Shown here: positions 9,411 through 18,871 of the stretch, piece by piece
How positions within the stretch are numbered: position 1 is the first letter of the stretch
How the letters are laid out: each line of letters opens with the position of its first letter
NCBI GenBank assembly: GCA_015522685.1
Contig: WALU01000003.1
Coordinates: 1-36,199 of the forward strand
DNA from: Thermoproteota archaeon
GTDB lineage: Archaea; Korarchaeota; Korarchaeia; Korarchaeales; Korarchaeaceae
DNA: 36,199 nt
Direction: 5' to 3'
Translations under genes and position numbers: made by a program
Notes under the pieces: generated by a model
What the model saw: only the letters and a program-made list of their open reading frames with translations
Told to the model about the DNA's origin: nothing
Database searches by the model: none

Positions 9411-10243
9411 ATCTCTAGTTCACCCACCTTTCTCATGTATATGGCTAGTGCAGCAAGGACTACTGCTATGTACATTACTGAGACAGCAGCTCCCCTCCAC
9501 CAATCGTGGAACTTCAAGAAGAGGTCCCATGTCAACGTTCCAATGGTTGTAACGCTGACTCCTCCTATCATCGTGGGGACTATGAACTCTCCTATCGCTG
9601 GAACGAACACAAGGATTGTCCCAGCAGCTATACCAGGCTTCGATAGGGATAGAGTCACATGAATAAATGTCTTCCAAGGAGAGGCACCTAGAGTATATGA
9701 TGCTTCTAAGAGAGATCTGTCAATTTTCTCCAAGCTTGCATACAGGGGAAGTATCATGAAGGGGAGGTAATCATATATCATACCTATGACGACCGCGTCA
9801 TACCTAAACATAATCCCTAGCATTGCGAATATATTCATAAGCGCGTAGGTTCTGAGCAAAAAGTCTACCCAATATGGAATTATAACGCTTACTACCAGAG
9901 GATTCCTCCATTTCTTGGGAGCCTTCATCGCTATGAAATATGCAACTGGATAGGCGAGGAGAAGACATCCTACTGTTGCCAAAGCGGCAAGAATGAGGGA
10001 ATTGTAGAAAACTTTGATGTAAACCCATCTGAGGGCCTGCCTGTAGAACTTAATCGATATATTTCCTGTAAGGGTTCCACGGCCCCCTATCAATCCTACG
10101 CTGTACAATACCGTTATTATGAATGGAGCGAAGAAGTATATCGTTAGATATGTGAGGGGAGGACCGAGCAGCAAAGCAATAGCGAGGGATCTGTGCTTCC
10201 TCGCTGAGCTGAGAAGCTTTTCAACTAGAGACATGGGCGTCAA
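9407..10243 (-). CDS. potB: spermidine/putrescine ABC transporter permease
   Basis: LLAYPVAY, IPYW..FLLRTYA, YLPFMILPLYASLEKID..LLEAS..LGA, FVPAIGEF. Confidence 0.88.
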   Translation of the reverse strand: MTPMSLVEKLLSSARKHRSLAIALLLGPPLTYLTIYFFAPFIITVLYSVGLIGGRGTLTGNISIKFYRQALRWVYIKVFYNSLILAALATVGCLLLAYPVAYFIAMKAPKKWRNPLVVSVIIPYWVDFLLRTYALMNIFAMLGIMFRYDAVVIGMIYDYLPFMILPLYASLEKIDRSLLEASYTLGASPWKTFIHVTLSLSKPGIAAGTILVFVPAIGEFIVPTMIGGVSVTTIGTLTWDLFLKFHDWWRGAAVSVMYIAVVLAALAIYMRKVGELEI

Positions 10244-11310
10244 TCCTCCAACTCAAATATCCCGGCCTCATCTCCACTATTCCATCCTATCCATGTATCT
10301 TTATCTCTCTCCAGCCTCATTACCTCTGGATGAATTGCAGGAACGCTTATTTTTATTTCTATACCTTCTAGCGACGCTATGACAATCAGGGTATCTCCCC
10401 TATAGATCAGATCAATTATTTTCACCTTGAACATATTTTCAGAGCCAACAGCAGCATTTCCTATCCTTATCCTCTCAGGCCTGAGGCTTACAATCACTTT
10501 TCTACTTGCGGGGATCTCTTCCTTTACTTTGATCTTGCCAAAATTCGTCTCAACGAACCCTTCTCTCATAACCCCCTCAAAGAAATTAGCCTCCCCAATA
10601 AAGTTTGCAACGAATTTGGTCCTAGGCTTCTCATAGACCTCTCGAGGCGATCCGACCTGCTCTATCTTACCCTCATGCATAATAGCTATCCTATCTGACA
10701 TTACAAGAGCCTCTCCCTGATCATGGGTCACATATATGAACGTGGTGCCTACTGTTCTCTGTATCCTCTTCAATTCAAGCATCATGTGTTGCCTTATCTT
10801 CAGATCTAGAGCCCCTAGTGGCTCATCTAGAAGTAAGACAGCTGGTTGTGTTACTAAAGCTCTAGCTATCGCCACCCTCTGCTTCTGCCCACCTGAAAGA
10901 TGGCTCGGCTTTCTATTAGCGAAAACTTCTGGGGACATTCTCATTAGTCTCAGTGATTCTTTCACCTTGAATCCTATCTCATCTTCTGTGAGATTCCTCA
11001 ACCTAAGTCCATAAGCTATATTATTATAAACTGTCATATGGGGAAATAGAGCGAGATTTTGAAATACCATACCTATACTTCTCTTATATGGAGGGATATT
11101 TGTCACATCATCCTCATTGATGATCACTCTGCCTTTATCTGGTCTTTCCAAACCAGCGATTATCCTAAGTAGTGTAGTCTTACCTGAACCACTTGGTCCA
11201 AGAATAGAGAAGAATTCATTTCTTCTCACATTCATGTTTATTCCATTGGATGCCACTATATTCCCGAACCTCTTAACTACATTCTTGAGGACCACCATAT
11301 CAGAGCTCAA
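10240..11310 (-). CDS. potA: spermidine/putrescine ABC transporter ATP-binding protein
   Basis: GPSGSGKTT, LSGGQKQRVA, LLLDEPL.ALD.K.R, YVTHDQ.EA..MSDRI; TOBE-like C-terminus. Confidence 0.9.
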   Translation of the reverse strand: MSSDMVVLKNVVKRFGNIVASNGINMNVRRNEFFSILGPSGSGKTTLLRIIAGLERPDKGRVIINEDDVTNIPPYKRSIGMVFQNLALFPHMTVYNNIAYGLRLRNLTEDEIGFKVKESLRLMRMSPEVFANRKPSHLSGGQKQRVAIARALVTQPAVLLLDEPLGALDLKIRQHMMLELKRIQRTVGTTFIYVTHDQGEALVMSDRIAIMHEGKIEQVGSPREVYEKPRTKFVANFIGEANFFEGVMREGFVETNFGKIKVKEEIPASRKVIVSLRPERIRIGNAAVGSENMFKVKIIDLIYRGDTLIVIASLEGIEIKISVPAIHPEVMRLERDKDTWIGWNSGDEAGIFELED

Positions 11311-11506
11311 TATCCCACCTTTCTAGGCATTTGTTATCTCGAAATTCATGCTACTTGCATATTTTGACTTTTTGGATGATGAAGAATCCACTTGCCGATC
11401 ATTTATCTAAGCAGTTAGATTATGCAGTAACTAGGTGGGAAATGGAGAATAGCTATTCTATTTAATTATCATCATTATTTTAACTTAATAATACCACAAA
11501 ACTTCT

Positions 11507-12970
11507 ATGGAGCAGATAGTCACGCCCGAGATTAAAGAACTTGTCAAGAGATATAGAGATATATGGACCCTAGATTATGCATTATCTCTCTTAGGCTGGG
11601 ATATGGAGACTTACATGCCCGCAAATTCATTTAGGGAGAGAGGAGAAGTTAGAGGCAATATAAGAACGCAGGTTCAGAGGATCTATACGCATCCTGAGTT
11701 CGTCTCACTAGTCGAGAATGCAAAGACCCAGAATGATGTGGAGAAGGGTATAATAAGGGTATTGAAGAGATGGATTAAGTATTATACAAAATTGCCTAAG
11801 AGATTTATAGAAGAGGAGGAAAGGACAACAGCCAAAGCCTTTCAAGTATGGAAGGAAGCAAAGGAAAAATCAGACTTTAAGATGTTTCAACCCGTACTTG
11901 AGGATATTGTAGCTCTAGAACGGGAGAAAGCTGATTATTTGGGATATGAAGAGCACCCCTATAATGCGCTTTTAGATCTCTATGAAGAAGGGCTGACCGT
12001 GAAGAAATGCGAGAAAATTTTCTCAGTAGTTCCTCAAATATCCAATCTCTTCAAGAAGGCGAAGGAGAGATATCCTAATAAGCATCCTCTAGAAGATGAA
12101 CCTTATGATATGATCTTCCTGAGGAGGCTTATAGAGAACATATTAACTACCTTGGGTTTCGACTTCTCTCGCGGAAGGGTCGATGTATCTCCACACCCAT
12201 TTACTGTGGAAATGGGTCTTTATGACATTAGAATAACTGTTAGATATGAGGGAAAGGATTTCAGGCGCGCTCTAATGGCTGCAGTCCACGAGTTTGGTCA
12301 TGCTATGTATGAGATGAATGTAAGCAAAGATTTATGGACTACTCCCGTTCAGCATGGTGTATCCCTAGGGATTCATGAATCTCAGTCCCGCTTTTGGGAG
12401 AATGTCGTCGGGAGGACAAGATACTTCGTAGAGAGGTTCCATGATAGGATGGTCATGGCTCTCCCCTTCCTGAAGGATTATGATATAGATGACCTTTACA
12501 GGTACTTGACCCTCGTTAGACCAGAGCTCATAAGGGTTGAGGCTGATGAAGTGCAGTATGCTCTCCACATATATCTAAGATATGAACTTGAGAAGAAGTT
12601 AATAGAAGGAACTCTCAAGGTAAATGAGCTGCCTCAGGTCTGGAATGATCTCATGGACGATCTAATAGGAATAAGGCCTCCAAAAGATAGTCTAGGAGTT
12701 CTCCAAGACATACATTGGGCTCATGCTTCAATAGGATACTTCCCAACTTATGCCATAGGAAGCATGTTCGCAGCACAGCTATATGAGAAGTTAGATATGA
12801 AACATCTAATTGAAAATAAGAATTATAAAGAGGTTATGAGAAACCTAAGAGAAAATATACATAAATGGGGATCTATATATCCCCCAGATGAGCTTATGAT
12901 GAGAGCTAGTGGTGAATATCTCAATCCTGAGTACTTCATCTCGTATTTGAGGGATAAGTATCTCTCTTAA
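11507..12970 (+). CDS. M32 family metallocarboxypeptidase (carboxypeptidase Taq/Pfu type)
   Basis: HPF, DIRIT.RY, HEFGH, HESQSRFWEN, IRVEADE, QDIHW, GYFPTY. Confidence 0.96.
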   Translation: MEQIVTPEIKELVKRYRDIWTLDYALSLLGWDMETYMPANSFRERGEVRGNIRTQVQRIYTHPEFVSLVENAKTQNDVEKGIIRVLKRWIKYYTKLPKRFIEEEERTTAKAFQVWKEAKEKSDFKMFQPVLEDIVALEREKADYLGYEEHPYNALLDLYEEGLTVKKCEKIFSVVPQISNLFKKAKERYPNKHPLEDEPYDMIFLRRLIENILTTLGFDFSRGRVDVSPHPFTVEMGLYDIRITVRYEGKDFRRALMAAVHEFGHAMYEMNVSKDLWTTPVQHGVSLGIHESQSRFWENVVGRTRYFVERFHDRMVMALPFLKDYDIDDLYRYLTLVRPELIRVEADEVQYALHIYLRYELEKKLIEGTLKVNELPQVWNDLMDDLIGIRPPKDSLGVLQDIHWAHASIGYFPTYAIGSMFAAQLYEKLDMKHLIENKNYKEVMRNLRENIHKWGSIYPPDELMMRASGEYLNPEYFISYLRDKYLS

Positions 12971-13452
12971 CTTAATCATTCCATCTTTTTGATATCTCCT
13001 AAGGTCGAGTGGCCTTGGTTAGCTCTAGAAGGGCAGCTAGCTCCATGCTACATACATGAAGTAAAAATTTCAGCATCAATTAGTGAATAAAATGTAAATT
13101 ACTCACCAAAATCAATATTAACGAAAAATAATTAAGTATATCCTTTTACGTTTGAACTCACTTATCGATCATCACATCATCCTATAGTCATTTAAAGAAG
13201 TTTTATTCCCAATGAAATCGGCTGAAATGTGAAATAAAGTGAGGAGAAGCTAAAAGCGAAAAATTAGAACAATTTCATTTATAAATATGCCCGATTATAG
13301 TAACAGGGTAACACCTCACAGTGCCGTCCGTTTTTCTTCTATTTTTTATTTTTGGCATACTTATAAACAAAAATTTTATGATTATCATAAGGACTCTTAC
13401 ATATATATACAGTATAGTGCAATATTATAAACTTCATTCTAACAGGCAGATC

Positions 13453-14307
13453 TCACCTTCTTCGAGGCTGAAGGAGGTGTGTGCCATCACAAGAGGGCGC
13501 CATAAGGAGATCAGGGAACCCTTCTCTGCAGACGGATGCAGTCATTCCGAGCTTTAAGGTTTCCTCCACGAGAGGCTTCAGGATTCTGTACCTCAACTTA
13601 GCATTGAGATATCTATACCCAGAAATCCCCTCTCCCTTAACATGATAAAGATCTTCCCATATCTTCACCATTTCCGGAAAAGCCAAGATCATTCTCTTGA
13701 AATTATCAGGTTTTGCCTTATATGTTGAAAAGACTATATGTTCAGCCCCAGAATCCCTAACGGCTCTAATTAGATCCTTTAATGAATATAAATCGTCTGT
13801 AAGATGTGGAATTATTGGATCTATCCTGACTCCCCTCCTACTCTCTATTGACGAGAGGGCATCTAGTCTTCTATTCGGAGAAGGGGCGCCTGGCTCTAAT
13901 TTTGATGCTAGATTCTTATCTAAGGTCGTTATTGTCACCATAACTCCCTGGTAGAGTCCCTCATCCCTAATAAACCCAATTCCTTTTGTTGTTATGAGAA
14001 CCTTAAAGCCTCTACTCTGGAGAATTTCCAATGTTTCCCTTGTTAGGCCTAGAGATAGTTCCTCGGGCGGATAGGGATCACTGCTGGTCGAGAGTTCGAC
14101 AGGTAGTTTATTGCTGGCTCTCCTTAGATCCCTCTTCAGCCTCTGGAGGAATCTCTTCTTAGGAGTGCTTGGTCTTCTCCCAATGTATGATGTGGCATAG
14201 CAGTAAAGGCAGAGATGGCTACATCCCGTATACGGATGAAGTGAGTACTTCCTTGGACACGTGCAGAGAGGGCTCTTCCAAGGATCGAACGGTCTGAGGA
14301 CATCCAT
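13453..14307 (-). CDS. radical SAM protein, SPL-like archaeal family
   Basis: PYTGCSHLCLYCYA (CX3CX2C), SSDPYPP, ITTK, LEPGAPSP..RL, RIDPIIP. Confidence 0.9.
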   Translation of the reverse strand: MDVLRPFDPWKSPLCTCPRKYSLHPYTGCSHLCLYCYATSYIGRRPSTPKKRFLQRLKRDLRRASNKLPVELSTSSDPYPPEELSLGLTRETLEILQSRGFKVLITTKGIGFIRDEGLYQGVMVTITTLDKNLASKLEPGAPSPNRRLDALSSIESRRGVRIDPIIPHLTDDLYSLKDLIRAVRDSGAEHIVFSTYKAKPDNFKRMILAFPEMVKIWEDLYHVKGEGISGYRYLNAKLRYRILKPLVEETLKLGMTASVCREGFPDLLMAPSCDGTHLLQPRRR

Positions 14308-14480
14308 TAAAATGGTTATTCTCTTGATCCTTATAGGTTCTTCTATAGAGCTTCAACAAGTCGATTAGCGGCATCTAATTAAATCGAATTAAATTAGGGT
14401 TAGCATCTTAAGGATGCGTCTACTCTTCCCTTCTTAACTAATATAGGAATACTGTATGCTAAACCAGCTGCCTTTAGGTT

Positions 14481-14509
14481 TTCCCTTCCCTTCCCTTCCT
14501 TTCTTCTTT
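14481..14509. repeat. (TTCCC)x3 short tandem repeat within a polypyrimidine tract
   Basis: ttcccttcccttcccttcctttcttcttt read directly from the sequence. Confidence 0.7.
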
Positions 14510-14587
14510 ATACTGGCCAGAATGGGCGAGATGAACGTTGAAAATAAATGGAATAAGAGAAAATGATGGGAAGAATTAGGCAGTAAA

Positions 14588-15814
14588 TCACTCGATTCTC
14601 GCCCACTTTGGAAATAGAGCGACGCTCAATGAGGTTAAAACTATTGCTGTTACTATTAAGTAAAGTACGGGGGTCCATACCGCTTCTAAACCTCTCCCAA
14701 AGACAAGAAGGCCATCTAAAGCTCTTACAGCCCACGTGAATGGTACCGCTTCTGCAATGACCCTCAGCATACCAGGTAAGAAGCTTACTGGGAAATACAA
14801 GCCTGAGATAAACTGTATCATGACTCCTATCGTTATGACTCCTTCATTAGCTGCTTTTGGATTGGGTGAAAGCTCGGCCACGAGAAACCCTATTCCAATG
14901 CTCGCCAGATCACCAGCAATGATAATGGGTATGGAGAGGATGCTCCAATTTACCTGAGGCCTGAGCCATAGAATCGTCAGGGCTACTAAGATAATCTGAC
15001 TTATCGTAACGACAGCCAAGCTACCCAATAGCTTACCGATGAGGATTGACCACCTCGATACAGGAGATACCAGTATCCTCTTCACAGTTCCCCACAACTT
15101 CTCATCTGACAGAAAAGCTGCGGAACTAACCATTCCAGAGAAGATAAGGCTGTAAGCCAGCATCATTGTTACCCAGTGTCCTTCTGCCTTCCAGTAGCTT
15201 GTCTTCCGGTAGTTGGCTGTCTTACTGGTTACACTCGACTTGGCAAGGGAAACAGCTCTAACATCAATTGGCTTTATCAGCATTCTCATGAAGTTCACTA
15301 TCTGCTCCTTCGTGAAGATACCTGCCTCGGTTTTCACCTCTGAGGGCATGTGTTGGATCATTATGGAGAACATCCTTTCCCTGTACTCCTCTAAGAAGGC
15401 ATCGACGAACCCCTTAATCATACTAGTGATGGCCATCTTGACTTGAGGGTCCTCTGAAGAGTAGAAGTAAATAGTAGCTGCTAGGCCAGAGGTCAAGTTA
15501 TTGGAGAATCCCTTAGGTATAACCAATACCGCTGATCCTCTTCCATTCATCACATAGTTCTTAGCCTCTTTTATATTGGAAAATGGGACAAGAGAAGTCA
15601 CATTCGTTGAATTAAGGGCCTTCACGAATACGGAGGACATTATACCCGAATCCTCATTTACTAGGGCGACCTTGAACATAACACTGCTTCCTCCGAACAT
15701 AGAAGAAAAGAGGAGCATCATCATCAGAGGGAAAGCTAATGTCCAAAATATCGTGGATTTGCTCCTGAAAAATGACAGGAGATCCTTCTTAGCCATCTGA
15801 ATGGGAGCGTTCAT
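14588..15814 (-). CDS. ABC-2 type exporter permease with large extracellular loop
   Basis: IFWTLAFPL, VLVIPKGF, EK..GT..RILVSPV, SGLYFPV..LP; six TM segments. Confidence 0.9.
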   Translation of the reverse strand: MNAPIQMAKKDLLSFFRSKSTIFWTLAFPLMMMLLFSSMFGGSSVMFKVALVNEDSGIMSSVFVKALNSTNVTSLVPFSNIKEAKNYVMNGRGSAVLVIPKGFSNNLTSGLAATIYFYSSEDPQVKMAITSMIKGFVDAFLEEYRERMFSIMIQHMPSEVKTEAGIFTKEQIVNFMRMLIKPIDVRAVSLAKSSVTSKTANYRKTSYWKAEGHWVTMMLAYSLIFSGMVSSAAFLSDEKLWGTVKRILVSPVSRWSILIGKLLGSLAVVTISQIILVALTILWLRPQVNWSILSIPIIIAGDLASIGIGFLVAELSPNPKAANEGVITIGVMIQFISGLYFPVSFLPGMLRVIAEAVPFTWAVRALDGLLVFGRGLEAVWTPVLYLIVTAIVLTSLSVALFPKWARIE

Positions 15815-15815
15815 C

Positions 15816-16760
15816 TTATATCACCTCCACAAGGGGCTTACCAGTTAGGTTGAGGAACACATCCTCCAATGTTGGATTTCTTATCTCAATGCGTTCTGGT
15901 TGTACTCCCTTCCTTGACATCTCCGATATCAGATAAGGAACAAGCTCTGAAGGGCTATCTTCCTCTATAACAAGGCTATCAGCCATCCTAGTTGTTTTAT
16001 ACCCTATTCCCCTGAGTGTGAGATCAGCATCATCTAAAAGCTTCAACTTGGTGTATATGAAGATCTTTGACTTGTCACCATACTTCCTCTTTAAGTCCTC
16101 TGGCTTACCAATCGCCACTATCCTTCCACTTTCCATTATGGCCACTCGATCGCATAGCTCGTCTGCCTCCTCCATGTAATGGGTACTCAGGATTATGGTG
16201 CTGCCCCTATCCCTGAGCTTCCATATTACCTTCCAGAAGTCCCTTCTAGCATCAGGATCCAGCCCTACTGTAGGCTCATCAAGTATCAAGAGCTTTGGGG
16301 AATGGATGATCGAAGCTATGATGCTTATTCTCCTCTTCTGGCCGCCAGATAACTTACCCACTCTCTTCTTTAGGAGATTCTTCACATCTATGAGGCTCAT
16401 CAGGTCCTCAAGCCTGCTCTTGAACGTAGATCTATCCATATGGTAAAGGGAAGCGATGAATTCCAGATTCTCCATTCCCGTAAGATCATCATATAGCATG
16501 GTTTCTTGGGGATTGAATCCTATGAGCTTGTTGATCTCCTTCCTATTCCCCTTTATTGCATTCATGTCGAATATCTTGACGGCTCCTGAGGTTGGGTCTC
16601 TTATCCCAGACAGTATTTCCATCAGAGTAGTTTTGCCAGCACCATTAGGTCCGAGGAGACCAAAAATCTCGCCTTCATTCACCTTAAAAGAAACGGAGTC
16701 CAGTACTTTGGAGCTATCGTATATCTTAGTTAGGCTATCTACTTCCAGAGCCAGCATCAA
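15816..16760 (-). CDS. ABC-2 type exporter ATP-binding protein
   Basis: GPNGAGKTT, LSGGQKRR, ILDEPTVGLDP, STHYMEEADELCDRV, PTLEDVFL.LTG. Confidence 0.95.
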   Translation of the reverse strand: MMLALEVDSLTKIYDSSKVLDSVSFKVNEGEIFGLLGPNGAGKTTLMEILSGIRDPTSGAVKIFDMNAIKGNRKEINKLIGFNPQETMLYDDLTGMENLEFIASLYHMDRSTFKSRLEDLMSLIDVKNLLKKRVGKLSGGQKRRISIIASIIHSPKLLILDEPTVGLDPDARRDFWKVIWKLRDRGSTIILSTHYMEEADELCDRVAIMESGRIVAIGKPEDLKRKYGDKSKIFIYTKLKLLDDADLTLRGIGYKTTRMADSLVIEEDSPSELVPYLISEMSRKGVQPERIEIRNPTLEDVFLNLTGKPLVEVI

Positions 16761-16795
16761 ATTTTCAGAAAGCTAATTTTTATAAGATGCTTGAT

Positions 16796-16814
16796 TAGTC
16801 TGAAATTCAGACTA
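16796..16814. promoter_or_regulatory. perfect 9-1-9 palindrome, candidate operator in the divergent promoter
   Basis: TAGTCTGAA-A-TTCAGACTA, between the exporter TATA (16777-16786, minus strand) and the divergent genes. Confidence 0.6.
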
Positions 16815-16852
16815 GAGGAAATAAATTTACCTTGCATCGATCATATCATGTG

Positions 16853-17473
16853 ATGATTGGTGATAGGGAAAGGGACCTCGTGGAGACCCTCGGCAGAATT
16901 AGAGAGTATGTAAGGAATCAACTCAGGATTACAATATCTAAAATATACCTGGACTGGTCTGCAGGAGGGCTAATTGGCTGCCTTACACAAGAATTTGTAT
17001 TGAAGAATCTCCCAAGTGAGCAGGCATCCATACTTTCCCCGCTCATTTGGATCTCGATATTCGCAGTAATATGGCTAGATAGTCTGAGGGGATTCTCTAG
17101 GATTAAAGTGATGCTCAAACTGGCTGGAAGGGAGGACATGCTGAAGGAGTTTCAAAAAGATAGATGGAAATCCATTATCTCTTGGATAATAGCTTCATTG
17201 GCCATGTTTCCAATATACTACCTTTTAACCCTGCTTGGGTGCAGTCAGCCAGCGCTGCTCACAGCCATAATGTTCGTAGGTATGGGTAACGTTCTCATGT
17301 GGGCATCCATAAAGAAGCCTCTAGAAGCTCTGTTTGTAGGAATAGCACTAATAGCTTCGACTCCTCTCTTAGCGATTCTGTCCCCTGATATCGCAGAGAT
17401 CTCAGGCTGCCTGCTAATATCCCTCCTATATGCTCTAGCTGGCATTAGCGCGTATTTCAGATGGAGGCCCTGA
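16853..17473 (+). CDS. hypothetical multi-pass membrane protein
   Basis: About six hydrophobic segments; ATG at 16853 chosen over TTG at 16832; directly upstream of the HTH gene. Confidence 0.75.
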   Translation: MIGDRERDLVETLGRIREYVRNQLRITISKIYLDWSAGGLIGCLTQEFVLKNLPSEQASILSPLIWISIFAVIWLDSLRGFSRIKVMLKLAGREDMLKEFQKDRWKSIISWIIASLAMFPIYYLLTLLGCSQPALLTAIMFVGMGNVLMWASIKKPLEALFVGIALIASTPLLAILSPDIAEISGCLLISLLYALAGISAYFRWRP

Positions 17474-17474
17474 A

Positions 17475-17831
17475 ATGAAAGATCTCCCTCAGCTTCTAAG
17501 GAAGCTGCAAGAAGATGATGCTGTAATACAGCCTAGAAGATTGGGTATACTTATTCTCCTAGCGCTAGAGGGTAAGCTCTCCTTTAGGGAGCTAAGGGAA
17601 TACTTGGGCATGTCCCCAGGGAATTTAGGGTCCCATATACAAGTGCTTGAGGAGAAAAGTTTAGTTACAAGGACGAGATGCCTTAAGAGAATGAGGTATG
17701 TCACATGCTACGAAATAACGGATAAAGGGTTAGAAAAACTAGCGTCCATCTTAGAGATCGCCTCAAAGATATCGAGCTCGTTAAATAAACAAACGCTTCG
17801 GAATGATGACAAGATGTATAAGAAAGGATGA
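17475..17831 (+). CDS. winged helix-turn-helix transcriptional regulator (ArsR/MarR-like, HTH_34 type)
   Basis: P.RL.IL..L...LSFREL...LGMSPGNLGSHI..LEE..LV...T.YEIT.KG. Confidence 0.88.
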   Translation: MKDLPQLLRKLQEDDAVIQPRRLGILILLALEGKLSFRELREYLGMSPGNLGSHIQVLEEKSLVTRTRCLKRMRYVTCYEITDKGLEKLASILEIASKISSSLNKQTLRNDDKMYKKG

Positions 17832-17896
17832 AAGGGAGGAAAAGCGCGTAACCCTTAACTTATCTGCCAGGCTCTCAGGTTTAGGAAGGTGATCTC

Positions 17897-18781
17897 TTGA
17901 GGCCCGTTATAATAGTTCATGGTGGTGCTTGGGCAATTCCAGATGACCTAGTTGAAGCTCATAAAAAAGGAGTTAGAAAAGCTGCTCTGAGAGGATGGAG
18001 GATCCTTGAAGAAGAGGGCTCCGCTATGGATTCGGTTGTAGAAGCCGTGAGTATCATGGAGGATGATTTCACCTTTGATGCTGGAATTGGCTCCTTCCTC
18101 AATGAAGAAGGGAGAGTAGACCTGGATGCCTCTGTAATGAACGGAGATGGATTGAAAGCTGGAGCAGTTGCCTCAGTTTATAGAGTGAAGAATCCTGTGA
18201 AGCTAGCGAGGCTGGTCATGGAGAAAACGGAGCATGTACTTCTTGTCGGCGAAGGAGCTCACAGATTTGCTGAGAAAATGGGCTTGGAGATTATAGATCC
18301 TTCCGAGCTTGTAACTGAGAGAGAATACTTGAGATGGAAGGAGATGAAGGAGAAGGGTTATTCACCCAGACAAGCCTTCGTAAAAGATTCGACGGTCGGG
18401 GCAGTAGCGCTGGACTCCAAGGGTAGGTTAGCTGTAGCTCTCTCCACTGGAGGAACTCCCAATAAGATGGTCGGTAGGGTTGGGGATGTGCCTATCATAG
18501 GATCAGGACTTTATGCTGACAACCTGAAAGGAGCAGCAGCAAGCACTGGCCATGGAGAGTCCATCATAAGAGTAGTTCTCGCTAAATCTGCGGTGGATAT
18601 GCTCGGGCTTGGACTATCCGCTCAAGCTGCTGCAGAGTCGGCTGTTGACCTTTTGAAGAGGATTGATGGATATGGCGGGATAATAACCTTGAATAGGAGG
18701 GGTAATGTAGGATACGCTTACAACACTCCTAGAATGGCAGTTGCTTACGTGGTGAATGGAGAAGTAGAAGTAAGCATCTAA
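17897..18781 (+). CDS. iaaA: isoaspartyl peptidase/L-asparaginase (Ntn-hydrolase)
   Basis: IIVHGGA, LDASVM, TVGAVA (Thr nucleophile), STGG...K..GRVGD.P..GSG, TGHGE. Confidence 0.93.
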   Translation: MRPVIIVHGGAWAIPDDLVEAHKKGVRKAALRGWRILEEEGSAMDSVVEAVSIMEDDFTFDAGIGSFLNEEGRVDLDASVMNGDGLKAGAVASVYRVKNPVKLARLVMEKTEHVLLVGEGAHRFAEKMGLEIIDPSELVTEREYLRWKEMKEKGYSPRQAFVKDSTVGAVALDSKGRLAVALSTGGTPNKMVGRVGDVPIIGSGLYADNLKGAAASTGHGESIIRVVLAKSAVDMLGLGLSAQAAAESAVDLLKRIDGYGGIITLNRRGNVGYAYNTPRMAVAYVVNGEVEVSI

Positions 18782-18871
18782 TCCCTCAATCTAATATGGC
18801 TACCTCGATGCAAGGCCAACGTTATAATAGATTGGAGGTAAGAGTCATAATAGGTCGGAGGAAGGTTCTGA

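Noticed and set aside
11376-11425. ATGATGA followed by CCGA as a possible C/D box sRNA
   Set aside because: No C' box or terminal CTGA at the expected distance
13200-13229. GTTTTATTCCCAATGAAATCGGCTGAAAT looks loosely like a CRISPR repeat
   Set aside because: Single copy, no repeat-spacer periodicity, no cas genes
12971-13452. Replication origin in the AT-rich gap
   Set aside because: No ORB-like repeats with G-strings and no adjacent cdc6/orc1
13321-13557. 78-aa ORF on the plus strand
   Set aside because: Low-complexity translation of the T tract, and it overlaps the radical SAM gene in antisense
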